Positions 52,398-62,269 of a stretch of 64,000 bases of DNA are shown piece after piece. Each line of letters starts with the position of its first letter. The stretch's first letter is position 1. The position numbers and the translations under genes were made by a program. The stretch comes from Candidatus Altimarinota bacterium (GTDB lineage: Bacteria; Patescibacteriota; Gracilibacteria; CAIRYL01; GCA-016699755): NCBI GenBank assembly GCA_963664295.1, contig OY760935.1, forward strand, positions 1,056,001 through 1,120,000, read 5' to 3'. The notes under the pieces are model-generated. The model ran no database searches. It was not told the DNA's origin and was given only the letters and a program-made list of their open reading frames with translations.

Positions 52398-53128
52398 TTT
52401 CTTTGTAAAAGATATAGCACCTCCCCTTTTTTTGTGAGAGGGATTATTGTTTGTTCATAAAACTTAGCCATTAAAGCAGGGTCAATAATTCTGCGAACCT
52501 GCGCATTAACATCTTTTTGAAAAAGTTTTGTTTTTTCACGCACTCTTTCAAGTATCCTTCTCTCAACCTCTGCCCTGGTTAGTGCAATTAAAATGCCTTC
52601 TTCGTCTTTTTGATCAATTAAGGGTTGATATAAATCAGGGTCACTTTGGTATTTTGTTTCTGCTACATAAAAAGCACCAAAATGCACACGCTCAGAAATT
52701 GCCTGCAAAGCATAAACATCATGCTCAATACTAGATCCATATTGACTTGGGTCGTTGCCTTCTTCGGCAATTTCATCAACTAAGCCTAGGTAAGACTTTA
52801 AAATATCTTCAGTTAGATTTATTTTATCTAACTCATCAATGTGCAAAGGGCTTTCTGGTGGTAAAAAATCACGCTCGCTTTTTGGTAAATTTGTATTAAA
52901 AGGTCTTTCTTCAGGGCAAGAATATCTATTAAAAACTGCCTCCAGTTCTTCTTGTTTCAACAAACGAATTCCAAATAAACTTTTATCTGGATGATTTTTA
53001 AACCCACTTTTGCCAATTTGGTAAATAAGAGGGTTTTTTTTATATTGCGCCCTGGTAATTATTTTAAAAATTATTGTTTCTTCCAAGGCTTCAAGTCTTG
53101 CCGCAATATTATTGATTTTCAACTTCAT
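52394..53128 (-). CDS. Chorismate mutase, eukaryotic (Aro7-like) AroQ type
   Basis: LEETIIF....RAQ, RY..PEE.PF, YGS....D...LQAIS.R.H.G..VAE.K, IIPLTK..EV.YLL.R; ATGA-coupled to TyrA-PheA. Confidence 0.88.
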   Translation of the reverse strand: MKLKINNIAARLEALEETIIFKIITRAQYKKNPLIYQIGKSGFKNHPDKSLFGIRLLKQEELEAVFNRYSCPEERPFNTNLPKSERDFLPPESPLHIDELDKINLTEDILKSYLGLVDEIAEEGNDPSQYGSSIEHDVYALQAISERVHFGAFYVAETKYQSDPDLYQPLIDQKDEEGILIALTRAEVERRILERVREKTKLFQKDVNAQVRRIIDPALMAKFYEQTIIPLTKKGEVLYLLQRK

Positions 53129-54284
53129 TTGTTATTTCGTGTAATGCTTTTTGCGCTACTCTGTTCCAATTAAATTCTTTGGATTTTATCCTTCCTTTTT
53201 GAGAAAGCTCTTTTCGAAGCTCAGGATTAAAATAAATTTCTTCTATTTTAGCACATAATTTCTCTTTATCTAAAGGATCAAAAAATAAAGCAGAGTCTTT
53301 TGCTACCTCAGGTAAAGAAGAATAATTTGAACTAATCACAGGAGCACCCGAAGCCATTGCTTCTACAACTGGCAAGCCAAAGCCCTCAAAAAGTGAAGGA
53401 AAAACAAAAGCAAGAGCAGATGAATATAAAGCAGGTTTGTGCTCTTCTTTGATAAATCCAGGAAAAACAACTTTAGCTTTTTCTGGTAGAGTAGTTTTTG
53501 CAAAAATAGAATCATGTCTTTGTCCAGCAATTACTAAATACAAGTCCTCGTGAGAAAATTTTCGAGAAAACAAACTAAAAGCATCAATTAAAAGATTGAG
53601 GTTTTTTCTTGGTTCTAGGGTTGAAAGAGTGAGTAAAAATTTTTTTGGTAAATTGTATTTTTTTCTAACCTCATAAAGATCAATTTCGTCTTTTGGGAAG
53701 AATTTTTCGTCAACGCCTTCGTTAATAACCACTATTTTTTCCTCGGGAATTTTATAAGAAAGTATTAAATCGTTTTTTGTGAATTCTGAAGGTGTAAAAA
53801 TTTTAAATGCTTCTTTCGCTTCTTTTTTTGATCTTAATAATTTATGCCAGATTTTTGTTTTGCAAGAAAAAGTCTGTTTAAAGTGAATAAAAGAAAGGTC
53901 ATGGAACATGATAAATTTTTTCACATTTTTGCTGACCGGAGCAGGGCGAAGATCAGGCATAAAAATTACATCAAAGTTATCATTTTTTGATAAAAGTCCA
54001 TACTTTAAACACTCTTTTTTAACCAATTGATCAATTTTTGGATACCTAAAAAGAGATAAAAACAGGTTTAAAAATCTGTTTGATTTTTTTGTGTGAATTC
54101 TTACTACATTTTTTCCAGAAAATTTAGGGAAATTTTCTGGTAATTTTTTTGCAGCATTAGTCCAAAGAAAAAAATTATGTTTTTCTCCTTCTTTTATTAA
54201 CTTGCGAGTTATGTTTTCTGTAAAAACTTCTACACCAGATATTTTTCCGTTTTGAAGAGGGCGTAGATCAATTAAAATATTCAT
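53109..54284 (-). CDS. GT4 glycosyltransferase
   Basis: LEPRKNL, FPSLFEGFGLPVVEAMASG. Confidence 0.92.
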   Translation of the reverse strand: MNILIDLRPLQNGKISGVEVFTENITRKLIKEGEKHNFFLWTNAAKKLPENFPKFSGKNVVRIHTKKSNRFLNLFLSLFRYPKIDQLVKKECLKYGLLSKNDNFDVIFMPDLRPAPVSKNVKKFIMFHDLSFIHFKQTFSCKTKIWHKLLRSKKEAKEAFKIFTPSEFTKNDLILSYKIPEEKIVVINEGVDEKFFPKDEIDLYEVRKKYNLPKKFLLTLSTLEPRKNLNLLIDAFSLFSRKFSHEDLYLVIAGQRHDSIFAKTTLPEKAKVVFPGFIKEEHKPALYSSALAFVFPSLFEGFGLPVVEAMASGAPVISSNYSSLPEVAKDSALFFDPLDKEKLCAKIEEIYFNPELRKELSQKGRIKSKEFNWNRVAQKALHEITNEVENQ

Positions 54285-54322
54285 GCTTATATTTTTGCAA
54301 CATTAAGCAAATTGTGCAAGTT

Positions 54323-55294
54323 TTAGTTTTGTACTATTTTCCATTTCACCTCTTGTTCAAGATGTCCTTCCATTGTAAATCCAGCTGCTTTTTTGTGTCC
54401 GCCTCCGCCAAAATGAGAAGCAATTTCAGCAACATCAACATCATCACGCATTGTCCTGAAAGATCCTTTTACCTTGCCATTATTTTCAGTTAGTAAGAGT
54501 GAAAATTGCGAATCAGGAACAGAATTTAAGTAGTTGATCACTCCAGAAAGGTCAGAAGGTTCTGTTTTTGTTTCCCAAAAATCTTCATTAGTCACATTAG
54601 AAATAACTACGCCTTTGTTGTCTTTATATGCTCTGGAAAGCACCCTTCCCCAAAGTTCAAGCACAGAAGATTTGTTATTATGAAAAATACTTTTGCTAAT
54701 TTGTCTTATTGTGCCTCCTTGACGCATTAAGAAAGAGGCAGTTCTTAGTTCTCTTGGAGTTGTATTTGAATGCTGAAAACTGCCAGTGTCTGTAAAAAGA
54801 CCACAAAGCAGGGAAGTTGCTGTGCGGTGGCTAATTTTTTCATCCCAAAACTGTAATAATTCCGTAATAATTAAAGTTGTTGAAGCCGCAGTTTCGTCAA
54901 CAATATTCCATTTTCCAAAACCATCATTGCTTGGATGGTGATCAATATTAACCAAATTAAAACTGCCCCCAAAGATTTCAGGAGCAGTTTCGTGTATTCC
55001 GGTCATATAATTTGCGCCACAATCTACGCAAAACACAAGATCAAAGCTCTTAATATCTCCAAATTCATTCTTTAGTTCTTCAAAATTAGGAAGAAAAAAT
55101 AAATTTTCAGGCAGGGGATCAACACAAAAAACCGAGGGATTTTTGCCTAAGTCCTTGAAGGTTTCACATAAAGCAAAAGCCGACCCAGCCGCATCTCCAT
55201 CAGGGTTTTTATGCGCAATTATTAGTATTTTATCGGCTTTTTCAAGCTCTTTTTTTACTGCCAGTGCGTCCTGATGAAATTTAGGGTCGAGCAT
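54323..55294 (-). CDS. nrnA: DHH/DHHA1 phosphoesterase (NrnA-like)
   Basis: H.NPDGDA.GS, IDHH, TDTGSF, GGGGH..AAG. Confidence 0.9.
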   Translation of the reverse strand: MLDPKFHQDALAVKKELEKADKILIIAHKNPDGDAAGSAFALCETFKDLGKNPSVFCVDPLPENLFFLPNFEELKNEFGDIKSFDLVFCVDCGANYMTGIHETAPEIFGGSFNLVNIDHHPSNDGFGKWNIVDETAASTTLIITELLQFWDEKISHRTATSLLCGLFTDTGSFQHSNTTPRELRTASFLMRQGGTIRQISKSIFHNNKSSVLELWGRVLSRAYKDNKGVVISNVTNEDFWETKTEPSDLSGVINYLNSVPDSQFSLLLTENNGKVKGSFRTMRDDVDVAEIASHFGGGGHKKAAGFTMEGHLEQEVKWKIVQN

Positions 55295-55382
55295 GATTAA
55301 TTTATAGGAAACAATTTTCCAGCCTTTTTAGTTTTCAAGCAAGAGTTTTAACTTGCTAGGGATAAAAAAATATGGTGATTTT

Positions 55383-55706
55383 TTATAATGAGTCCAATAT
55401 TCTTAATACATTTTCAGTTTTATCATCATTATTTTTTGGTAGGAATTTTATTTTTGGTGTTTTTTTAAGTTTTAACCTAGGGGCAAGATCGCGAGCAATT
55501 TTCCATGATTTTTTATTAGCTTCTTTGAAAAATCTAGTTTTTCCCTTGAGTAAGCTCACATAAATTTTTGCCAAAGATAAATCATCATAAACCTCAATTT
55601 TTTCAATAGTAATTAAGCCAAAAGCTTCTTCATTAAAATATTTAAGAAGCAAAGAAGGCACCTCATGCTGTATTAAGCTGGCAATTTTTTCTGTTCTTGT
55701 GGACAT
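55383..55706 (-). CDS. rbfA: Ribosome-binding factor A
   Basis: R.EKIASLI, DLSLAKIYVS, TPKIKF; upstream of DHH gene as in many bacteria. Confidence 0.8.
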   Translation of the reverse strand: MSTRTEKIASLIQHEVPSLLLKYFNEEAFGLITIEKIEVYDDLSLAKIYVSLLKGKTRFFKEANKKSWKIARDLAPRLKLKKTPKIKFLPKNNDDKTENVLRILDSL

Positions 55707-55736
55707 TTTTTAATAAAAACGCAAAAATTATAACAA

Positions 55737-56582
55737 ATGAATAAAGAAAAAATCATCTTTTTTGGCACTTCAAAAATATCTGTTCAGTGTTTGGAAGAAT
55801 TTTTAAAAGAAAAAAGCTTTTCAGTTGAGTTAATAATTACAAAAAAATACTCAGATTTAGAAAAATTTGCTCAAAAAAAAGAAATAAAAGTATTAAATGA
55901 GCTAAATCAGCAAAAAATTGCAGAAATAAATCCAGACAAATTCGCAGTAGTCGATTTTGGAGTCATAATTCCTGATGAAATCTTAAAATTATCAAAAAAA
56001 GGCGCATATAATTTGCATTTTTCATTATTGCCAAAATATCGAGGTGCATCACCAGTGCAAAGTGCAATCTTAAACAGGGATAAAATTAGCGGAGTGAGCA
56101 TAATTGAAGTTGTAAAAAAATTAGACGCAGGAAAAATATTTGCCCAAAAAGAACTTGCAATTGAGAACCTGCGAGCAGATGAAGTTTTTGAAAAAATGTT
56201 AAAAATAGGTGCGCCACTTTTTGTGCAAACAGTAAAAAATCCAGGTCAGGGCGAAGATCAAGATGAAAATCAAGCCACATTTTGCGGAAAAATAAGTAAA
56301 AAAAATGGCTTAATAGAGCCAAAAAAAGAATTAGTTGATGATTTTATAAAAAAAGTAAACGCCTATTATCCTTGGCCAAGTGTGTATTTTGAGCATGAAA
56401 AATTAGGATTATTAAAAATTCTCAGAGCAAAAAAAGCAAATAACACACAAGGTAAAGAATTATTTAAAGAAAATAAAAAATTATTTTTAGAATTAAAAGA
56501 TGGAATAGTGGAAATTTTGGAAATTCAAAGAGAAGGAAGAAAAAAAATCACAGGCGAAGAATTTGCCAGAGGAATGCAATAA
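55737..56582 (+). CDS. fmt: Methionyl-tRNA formyltransferase
   Basis: IIFFGT, NLHFSLLPKYRGASP, LDAG, PWP. Confidence 0.92.
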   Translation: MNKEKIIFFGTSKISVQCLEEFLKEKSFSVELIITKKYSDLEKFAQKKEIKVLNELNQQKIAEINPDKFAVVDFGVIIPDEILKLSKKGAYNLHFSLLPKYRGASPVQSAILNRDKISGVSIIEVVKKLDAGKIFAQKELAIENLRADEVFEKMLKIGAPLFVQTVKNPGQGEDQDENQATFCGKISKKNGLIEPKKELVDDFIKKVNAYYPWPSVYFEHEKLGLLKILRAKKANNTQGKELFKENKKLFLELKDGIVEILEIQREGRKKITGEEFARGMQ

Positions 56583-56587
56583 TAAAA

Positions 56588-56612
56588 AAAGAGTAGATAC
56601 TCTCTACTCTTT
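56588..56612. terminator. Hairpin terminator between convergent genes
   Basis: aaagagtaga-tactc-tctactcttt. Confidence 0.75.
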
Positions 56613-56636
56613 AATAAGCTTTGCTTAGGTTATAAA

Positions 56637-58193
56637 TTAGATCGCAGGACAAGTATTACCTAAATCAGTCCACCATTTATGGCATGGATAAGTGTTGCCT
56701 TCGTCAATTGTCCAGATGTTTACAAAGTCCCAACTACTATAAGTATTTTCCTCTTGCATCTTAAAAGTTGCAAAAGCATATACAAGAAAGACATTGTCAT
56801 AGGAAGTGCTACCACCATTGTGAACCCCAATAGCATCATTCTGCCCTGTTGTTTGATAATTAAAGCGACAGTCTTCAGTGTTAGCCTGAGTGCCATTTTG
56901 TGTTCCAATAAGTCCACCAACCCAGCCAAGATAATCGCTATCACTCACATTACCAGTAGCATAAGAGTTTGTAATAATTCCATCATTATAAGCAGCTATG
57001 CCGCCAACGCCACGATTGCCACTAACATTACCAGTTGCATAAGAATTATTAATAGTTCCATCGTTGTTAGATATTAGGCCACCAGCTGAGCTCGCACTAG
57101 TAACAACACCAGTTGCAAAAGAGTTGATTATTTCGCTTTTTATTTCGCTTGATCCAACAAGTCCTCCAACATTACTTTCACCACTTATATCAACACTAGA
57201 GCCGGAATTATTAATAACAGATGAGTCTTCCATGCGACCAACTAACCCGCCGGATACGCTTCCAGTAATGTTGCCAGTAATATAGCAATGATCAACATAG
57301 CTATTGCTAACCATGGCGCCAATTAGTCCGCCAACCCAAGTTTTACCATTGATATTAACATTAGTAAGATTTAAGTTTTTGATTTCAGCATCTTTAGTGG
57401 CCATAAATAGACCAATAAAAAACTCATTAGGTCTGTTGATAGTAAGATTGTTAATTGCGTAGCCTTGTCCGTCAAACGTGCCAGTAAAAATATCATCAAT
57501 ATCTTCAATAGCTCCACTGCTGGTGTCATTATCAGTGCCAATTGGGTCAAAACCAGCACCATTATTCCAATTTACAGTATCACTACAATCAATATTTGCA
57601 GTTAATACATAATCACCATCAAGAGGATATTCAGGGTAATTTGGGTCACCTATTTTTTGTAATTCTTCGCAGGCAGATATATCACTATCAATCACTACAG
57701 TTGGTTCAGCAGGACTTGTTGCTTCTTGTTCTGGTGCGCCAGGATAACAAACATTACCAGCTAGATAAATATCACCAGTGTCAGTTTCAAAACGAGCTAC
57801 ATTGAGACCCAAACTATTTTGTATTATTAAATTTGCACCATCACCATTGGTAATATTAGATTGCTCAGTCAAAACATCACCTTTAATATAAGCTCTAAAG
57901 TTGTTAAAAATAAAAACCTTTGCATTAGTTTGATTAGTAATAATTAAGCTTTTATATACGCTTTCCAAAGGTATTGTGTTTAAGTGAACCTCTTGAGAGA
58001 TAATGTCCATATTGCCATTGTTGTCCACTATCAAAAGAGTAGATCCGTCATTGTTTTGTGCTACCCAATAAGGTTCTTGAAAATTTATCCCACAGTTTTC
58101 ATAGTCTGCAGAACTTTGTCCTGCAAGTGTAAATAAACATAAGAAGAATAGACCATAAAGAAAGATATTATTTAAAAAAGTTTTTATTTTCAT
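56637..58193 (-). CDS. Secreted GLUG-motif beta-helix protein
   Basis: Y.LTANID, GFDPIG, FTGTFDGQG, repeated VGGL(V/I)G, SYATGNV, WDF.NIW. Confidence 0.85.
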   Translation of the reverse strand: MKIKTFLNNIFLYGLFFLCLFTLAGQSSADYENCGINFQEPYWVAQNNDGSTLLIVDNNGNMDIISQEVHLNTIPLESVYKSLIITNQTNAKVFIFNNFRAYIKGDVLTEQSNITNGDGANLIIQNSLGLNVARFETDTGDIYLAGNVCYPGAPEQEATSPAEPTVVIDSDISACEELQKIGDPNYPEYPLDGDYVLTANIDCSDTVNWNNGAGFDPIGTDNDTSSGAIEDIDDIFTGTFDGQGYAINNLTINRPNEFFIGLFMATKDAEIKNLNLTNVNINGKTWVGGLIGAMVSNSYVDHCYITGNITGSVSGGLVGRMEDSSVINNSGSSVDISGESNVGGLVGSSEIKSEIINSFATGVVTSASSAGGLISNNDGTINNSYATGNVSGNRGVGGIAAYNDGIITNSYATGNVSDSDYLGWVGGLIGTQNGTQANTEDCRFNYQTTGQNDAIGVHNGGSTSYDNVFLVYAFATFKMQEENTYSSWDFVNIWTIDEGNTYPCHKWWTDLGNTCPAI

Positions 58194-58223
58194 TGTGTGT
58201 TTTTAGATTTTAATTTTTTGTTT

Positions 58224-59660
58224 TTACATCTCAAGACTATTAACAATTTCTGTAGTACTACTATTACCAAGGTCTATCCACTTAATCGCAACACCATCTT
58301 GACCATTTGTTCCATAGTCTTGCCAAGTAATATAATCATCAGAAGTATTTGGCTCATTGCCATTAATTGCAACTCTGAATGTTATTTCGTCATCATCACC
58401 AAAACTAGCAGCACTGCCATCACAGTTGCCAGATTCGTTTATGCCTTCGATTTTAGCTTCAACAGTGTAAACTTCATCTTCAGAAATTACATCGCGAAGA
58501 TTAACAAGATCAGATTGCGCACAAGTGCCAGTGGCACAAGTGCCAACTGTGAAGTTTTGTGTGCCAGTTAATGCAGCACCAGTGCCAGCATCAATAGAAG
58601 CAATTGTATCAAAGTTGTTATTTACAAGTTTAAGTTCACAAACACCAAATGAAGAGCCAATGCTCGTAGTTTTATTAATATCTATTGAAAGAGCCTTAAG
58701 GTATGCCTCTCCAGTATTTTTTGTAAATTGTACCTTTAGGGTATCTTTCCAGCCAGCGCCAAGTGTGGTATCAGCACCAATAGACTTTGTGGCAACAACT
58801 TTGTTAGTAAATATATACATTGTGTTACCAGTAGCAGTGTTATTACTCGCTCCATCTGTAGTAATTGAGCTATAGCTAACACCAGAAGTTACACCAGTAA
58901 TATTATATTCACCATTAGCAAATGAAAGTTTTGTTGCAAATTGCATATTGCTTTTTGCAGTGTCAGCACTATTAGTGACATCATTTATTGTTGCATAAAC
59001 ATCAATAGTTGTGTCTGAAGCACTATCAATAATAAGATTAAGTCCAGTCAATGAGGCTAAACCATCTGTGACGTTTGCCACTGTGGCTACACTGCCATCA
59101 TTTTTTAATACCGGAGTCCCATCATTGTAATAAAGCGTAATTGAATCAATAGCGTTTGTTGAGTTACTAGGAGCTTCAGCAGGAACTGTAAACTCAACAG
59201 TAAGATCCTCAATATCAGCATTCTCAGTATTCGCATCAAAATCAAAACTAGCAATTTTTACATTACTTGACCCACCAACAATAATCTGAGAATCAGGAGT
59301 ATTTGAGTTTAGCTTAGCTGTCAGACTTCCTGAGCTTGGTGTTGTTTGTGCTTGAGAACCAAGCCTAATAATAACATTGCCGTTTTCTGCGTAAATAATG
59401 TTGTCATCATTTACGTCAACAATGGTGCGGGCTTTTTTTACAGCCTTGTCGGAAATCAGGGTTCCATCTTGGCTCCATACAGGTTCTTCTGCCAGTATGC
59501 TTTTTAGTAAGTTCATAAATTTACCACCCTCAATCTCACCATCAGGTGCTTCCCAGGTAGCATAAGTGGCTCCAAGGCCAAGAAAAAGCGCAAATCCCAG
59601 CACAGCTGAAGATACTGCTATTGTTGCTGTTTTTGCAATGTTTTTGATTTTTGTTTTCAT
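58224..59660 (-). CDS. Secreted paralog of the S-layer C-terminal region (no SLH)
   Basis: From SGSLTAKLN onward aligns with S-layer C-terminus (ADIEDLTVEFT, STNAIDS, GTCATGTCAQSDLVNLRDVISEDEVYTVEA, IKWIDLGNS). Confidence 0.88.
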   Translation of the reverse strand: MKTKIKNIAKTATIAVSSAVLGFALFLGLGATYATWEAPDGEIEGGKFMNLLKSILAEEPVWSQDGTLISDKAVKKARTIVDVNDDNIIYAENGNVIIRLGSQAQTTPSSGSLTAKLNSNTPDSQIIVGGSSNVKIASFDFDANTENADIEDLTVEFTVPAEAPSNSTNAIDSITLYYNDGTPVLKNDGSVATVANVTDGLASLTGLNLIIDSASDTTIDVYATINDVTNSADTAKSNMQFATKLSFANGEYNITGVTSGVSYSSITTDGASNNTATGNTMYIFTNKVVATKSIGADTTLGAGWKDTLKVQFTKNTGEAYLKALSIDINKTTSIGSSFGVCELKLVNNNFDTIASIDAGTGAALTGTQNFTVGTCATGTCAQSDLVNLRDVISEDEVYTVEAKIEGINESGNCDGSAASFGDDDEITFRVAINGNEPNTSDDYITWQDYGTNGQDGVAIKWIDLGNSSTTEIVNSLEM

Positions 59661-59808
59661 TTTTTATTTAGTTTAAATTTATTCATATAATAATACCACA
59701 TTTTAAGCACTAAAATCAAATAAAAACATTATTTATACAAGATTATTATTTCATTTTTGACAAAAAATAATTTTTGTGACAAATTTAATGCAAAATTTTT
59801 TAAAAAAT

Positions 59809-60618
59809 ATGATCAATAAAACACCAGAACCAACAAGATTAATATCAGATGATGAAAGAATGATTGGTATTGTTGGTGGAGTAGGCCCAGAGGCAGGAAC
59901 TCTTTTGCATAGATTTATTATTGAAGAAACTGCAAAGTTAAAAAAAGTTGGTAGAGATCAGGATCATTTATTAACTCATCATATATCAGCATCTCCATGG
60001 ATTACAGATAGAACTAATTTTTTACTTGGTGAGCATGATCAAAATTCTGCTGAGGGTGTTGCTAGAGTGATAAAAATATTTGATGATATTGCAAAATCTC
60101 AAGATAGAAAATTTGTTGCAGGTGTTCCATGTAATACTTTTCATGCCCCACCTATTTTTAATCATTTAGAAATTTTAATTGAACAACATGGTGTTGAAAA
60201 TGTAGAAATTTTACACATGATTCAGGAAACAAAAAATTATATTGAAGAAAATTTTCAAGGCGTACAAAAAATAGGCTTAATGTCTACTACTGGCACCAAA
60301 GAGCAAAGAATTTATCATGACCTATTAGAGCCATTAGGCTATGAGGTTATTGAAGTTGATGAAGCTGATCAAGCTAACCTGCATGATACTATTTATAATT
60401 CTGAATGGGGCATTAAGGCAGTTTCTCCTGTAAGCGAACAAGCAAAAAATAATTTTGAATTATATGCAAAACAACTACAAAATAAAGGGGCAGAGGCTCT
60501 TATTCTTGGTTGCACAGAAATTCCAATAGCCTTACCAGGAAATGATTTTGAAGGCACACCACTTATTGATCCAATGAGAGCCTTGGCAAGAGCTTTGGTT
60601 GCTCGTGCTATTGGTTAA
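59809..60618 (+). CDS. Aspartate/glutamate racemase family protein
   Basis: IGIVGGVGP.A, PCNTFH, LGCTEIP; start moved to ATG 59809. Confidence 0.9.
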   Translation: MINKTPEPTRLISDDERMIGIVGGVGPEAGTLLHRFIIEETAKLKKVGRDQDHLLTHHISASPWITDRTNFLLGEHDQNSAEGVARVIKIFDDIAKSQDRKFVAGVPCNTFHAPPIFNHLEILIEQHGVENVEILHMIQETKNYIEENFQGVQKIGLMSTTGTKEQRIYHDLLEPLGYEVIEVDEADQANLHDTIYNSEWGIKAVSPVSEQAKNNFELYAKQLQNKGAEALILGCTEIPIALPGNDFEGTPLIDPMRALARALVARAIG

Positions 60619-60633
60619 TATTTAGGTAAAACT

Positions 60634-60671
60634 AAAACCGTATCTGTATTGATTATAGGTACGGTTTTTTT
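60634..60671. terminator. Bidirectional terminator between racemase and tRNA-Leu
   Basis: aaaaccgtatct...aggtacggttttt. Confidence 0.75.
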
Positions 60672-60677
60672 CATACT

Positions 60678-60763
60678 TGGTGCCGAGGAAGAGACTCGAA
60701 CTCTTACGGGTCAACCCCGCCGGCTTCTAAGGCCGGTGCGTCTACCAATTCCGCCACCTCGGC
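60678..60763 (-). tRNA. tRNA-Leu(TAG)
   Basis: GCCGAGGTGGCGGAATTGGTAGACGC-A-CCGGC-CT-TAG-AA-GCCGG, variable arm, GTTCGAGTC, ACCA. Confidence 0.97.
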
Positions 60764-60801
60764 AAAAATTAAAGCTTCAAAAATATACCCTCTTTCAATA
60801 T

Positions 60802-61848
60802 TTAATTCAAGTATTTTCTTTTGTTTGCATTATGCTCAAGTAAGCTTTCTGCATAATGAATTTCTCCGCTGTTATCATGTAAAAAATACCAATATGCGTT
60901 TGATTTTGGATATATTGTTGCTTTTATTGATTCTAATCCGGGATTACAAATTGCAGTTGGTGTTAATCCTCTGTGTTTACGAGTGTTGTATGGATTATCT
61001 TCTTGTAAATCTTCATAGGTAATATCGCCTTCTTTATTGCCAGTGAAAAAACGCACAGTTGCATCAGCTCCAAGGCTAATTCCGTTATCCAATCTACGCC
61101 AAAAAATATCTGCAACCATTGGTCTTTCTGTTCCTGTGCGCGTTTCTTTTTCTAGTATAGAAGCCATAATAATAGTGTCAGTCAAATTTCTGCCATTTTT
61201 TTCTATGTCTGGCCAAAATTTTTGAGTACGATTTTGAAAATTATCAATCATTTGTTTTGCAAAATTTTCAAGCTCAAAACTCTGTGGATAAACAAAATAA
61301 GTATCAGGAAAGAAAAAGCCTTCTAATTTATCCCTTTCTGTAGGTAAAAAATCGTATTCAGAAAAATTACAAGTTTCAAAAACGCAATTTTTGAATTCAT
61401 TTTCTTGAATTAAGCCCAGTCGTGCTAGTCTTGCGTCCATTTCCTGTACAGTAAATCCTTCTGGGAAAACAACAGTAATTTTTGCCACTTCTGCTTGAGT
61501 TAATTTTTCTGCGACTTCCGGAATTGTTAGGTTTTTTGCTAAATAAAATCTGCCTGCTTGATATTTATTGCCCAACTCACTGCGCTTGCTGTATTTCAAA
61601 AAAGCCTCAGCAGAAATTACAAAACCATTTTCTTGCAAATTCATACTTACTTTTTGAGGCAATTCGCCTTCTTGAATATCAAAGGGAAAAACCCGACTAT
61701 CTTCACTGGCAGGTAAGTTGATTAAATATCTGTATTGATATTCTTTAAAGCCAAAATAGCCTCCAATCCCAATAGCTAATCCAATCAAAAAAGGAATTAA
61801 GAGATTTTTTTTCTTTTTTTTGCCAATTTTTTGATTTGTAAAGTTCAT
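60802..61848 (-). CDS. mltG: Endolytic transglycosylase MltG
   Basis: PEGFT, LEGFFFPDTY, ASILEKE, PYNTR...GL.PT.I.NPG. Confidence 0.95.
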   Translation of the reverse strand: MNFTNQKIGKKKKKNLLIPFLIGLAIGIGGYFGFKEYQYRYLINLPASEDSRVFPFDIQEGELPQKVSMNLQENGFVISAEAFLKYSKRSELGNKYQAGRFYLAKNLTIPEVAEKLTQAEVAKITVVFPEGFTVQEMDARLARLGLIQENEFKNCVFETCNFSEYDFLPTERDKLEGFFFPDTYFVYPQSFELENFAKQMIDNFQNRTQKFWPDIEKNGRNLTDTIIMASILEKETRTGTERPMVADIFWRRLDNGISLGADATVRFFTGNKEGDITYEDLQEDNPYNTRKHRGLTPTAICNPGLESIKATIYPKSNAYWYFLHDNSGEIHYAESLLEHNANKRKYLN

Positions 61849-61849
61849 T

Positions 61850-62149
61850 TTACATTCCTGGGAAGCCCATGTCGCCCATTACTCCTTTCATTTTTTCTGC
61901 AGCAATTTCTTCTGCTTTTTTGGAAGCTTTATTAATTGCACTTACTGCTGATTTTTCAATACGAGATTTATTTTCAGCATTAAGCATGTCTGCAGGTATA
62001 TCTATTGAAACAAGTTCTTTTTCAGCAGAAACATTTACAACAATACCGTTTTCTTCTGCTTCAACATGAATTTTTTTTAATTCCTTTTTAATTTTTTTTG
62101 CCTGACTCTGCAATTTATACAGATCTTTCATTTTTCCAAACATGTTCAT
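61850..62149 (-). CDS. ybaB: YbaB/EbfC nucleoid-associated protein
   Basis: QAKKIKKEL....VEA...G.V.V...V.SI.I...A.N.A..KA. Confidence 0.85.
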   Translation of the reverse strand: MNMFGKMKDLYKLQSQAKKIKKELKKIHVEAEENGIVVNVSAEKELVSIDIPADMLNAENKSRIEKSAVSAINKASKKAEEIAAEKMKGVMGDMGFPGM

Positions 62150-62255
62150 AATTTTTTTTATTAAAATTGCCAAACGACTTTCTCAAAAATAAAATAAAAA
62201 ATCAAGTTGACAAAAATGATTTATTTTTTCACAATAACTTGGCTTTAATTTTAAA

Positions 62256-62264
62256 TAAGGGGTG
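62256..62264 (+). promoter_or_regulatory. Strong Shine-Dalgarno-like site of rpsU
   Basis: TAAGGGGTG, 5 nt before ATG 62270. Confidence 0.7.
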
Positions 62265-62269
62265 GAAAT

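Noticed and set aside
60678-60763. T-loop module at tRNA-Leu
   Set aside because: Only a plain terminator follows; no duplicated tRNA end
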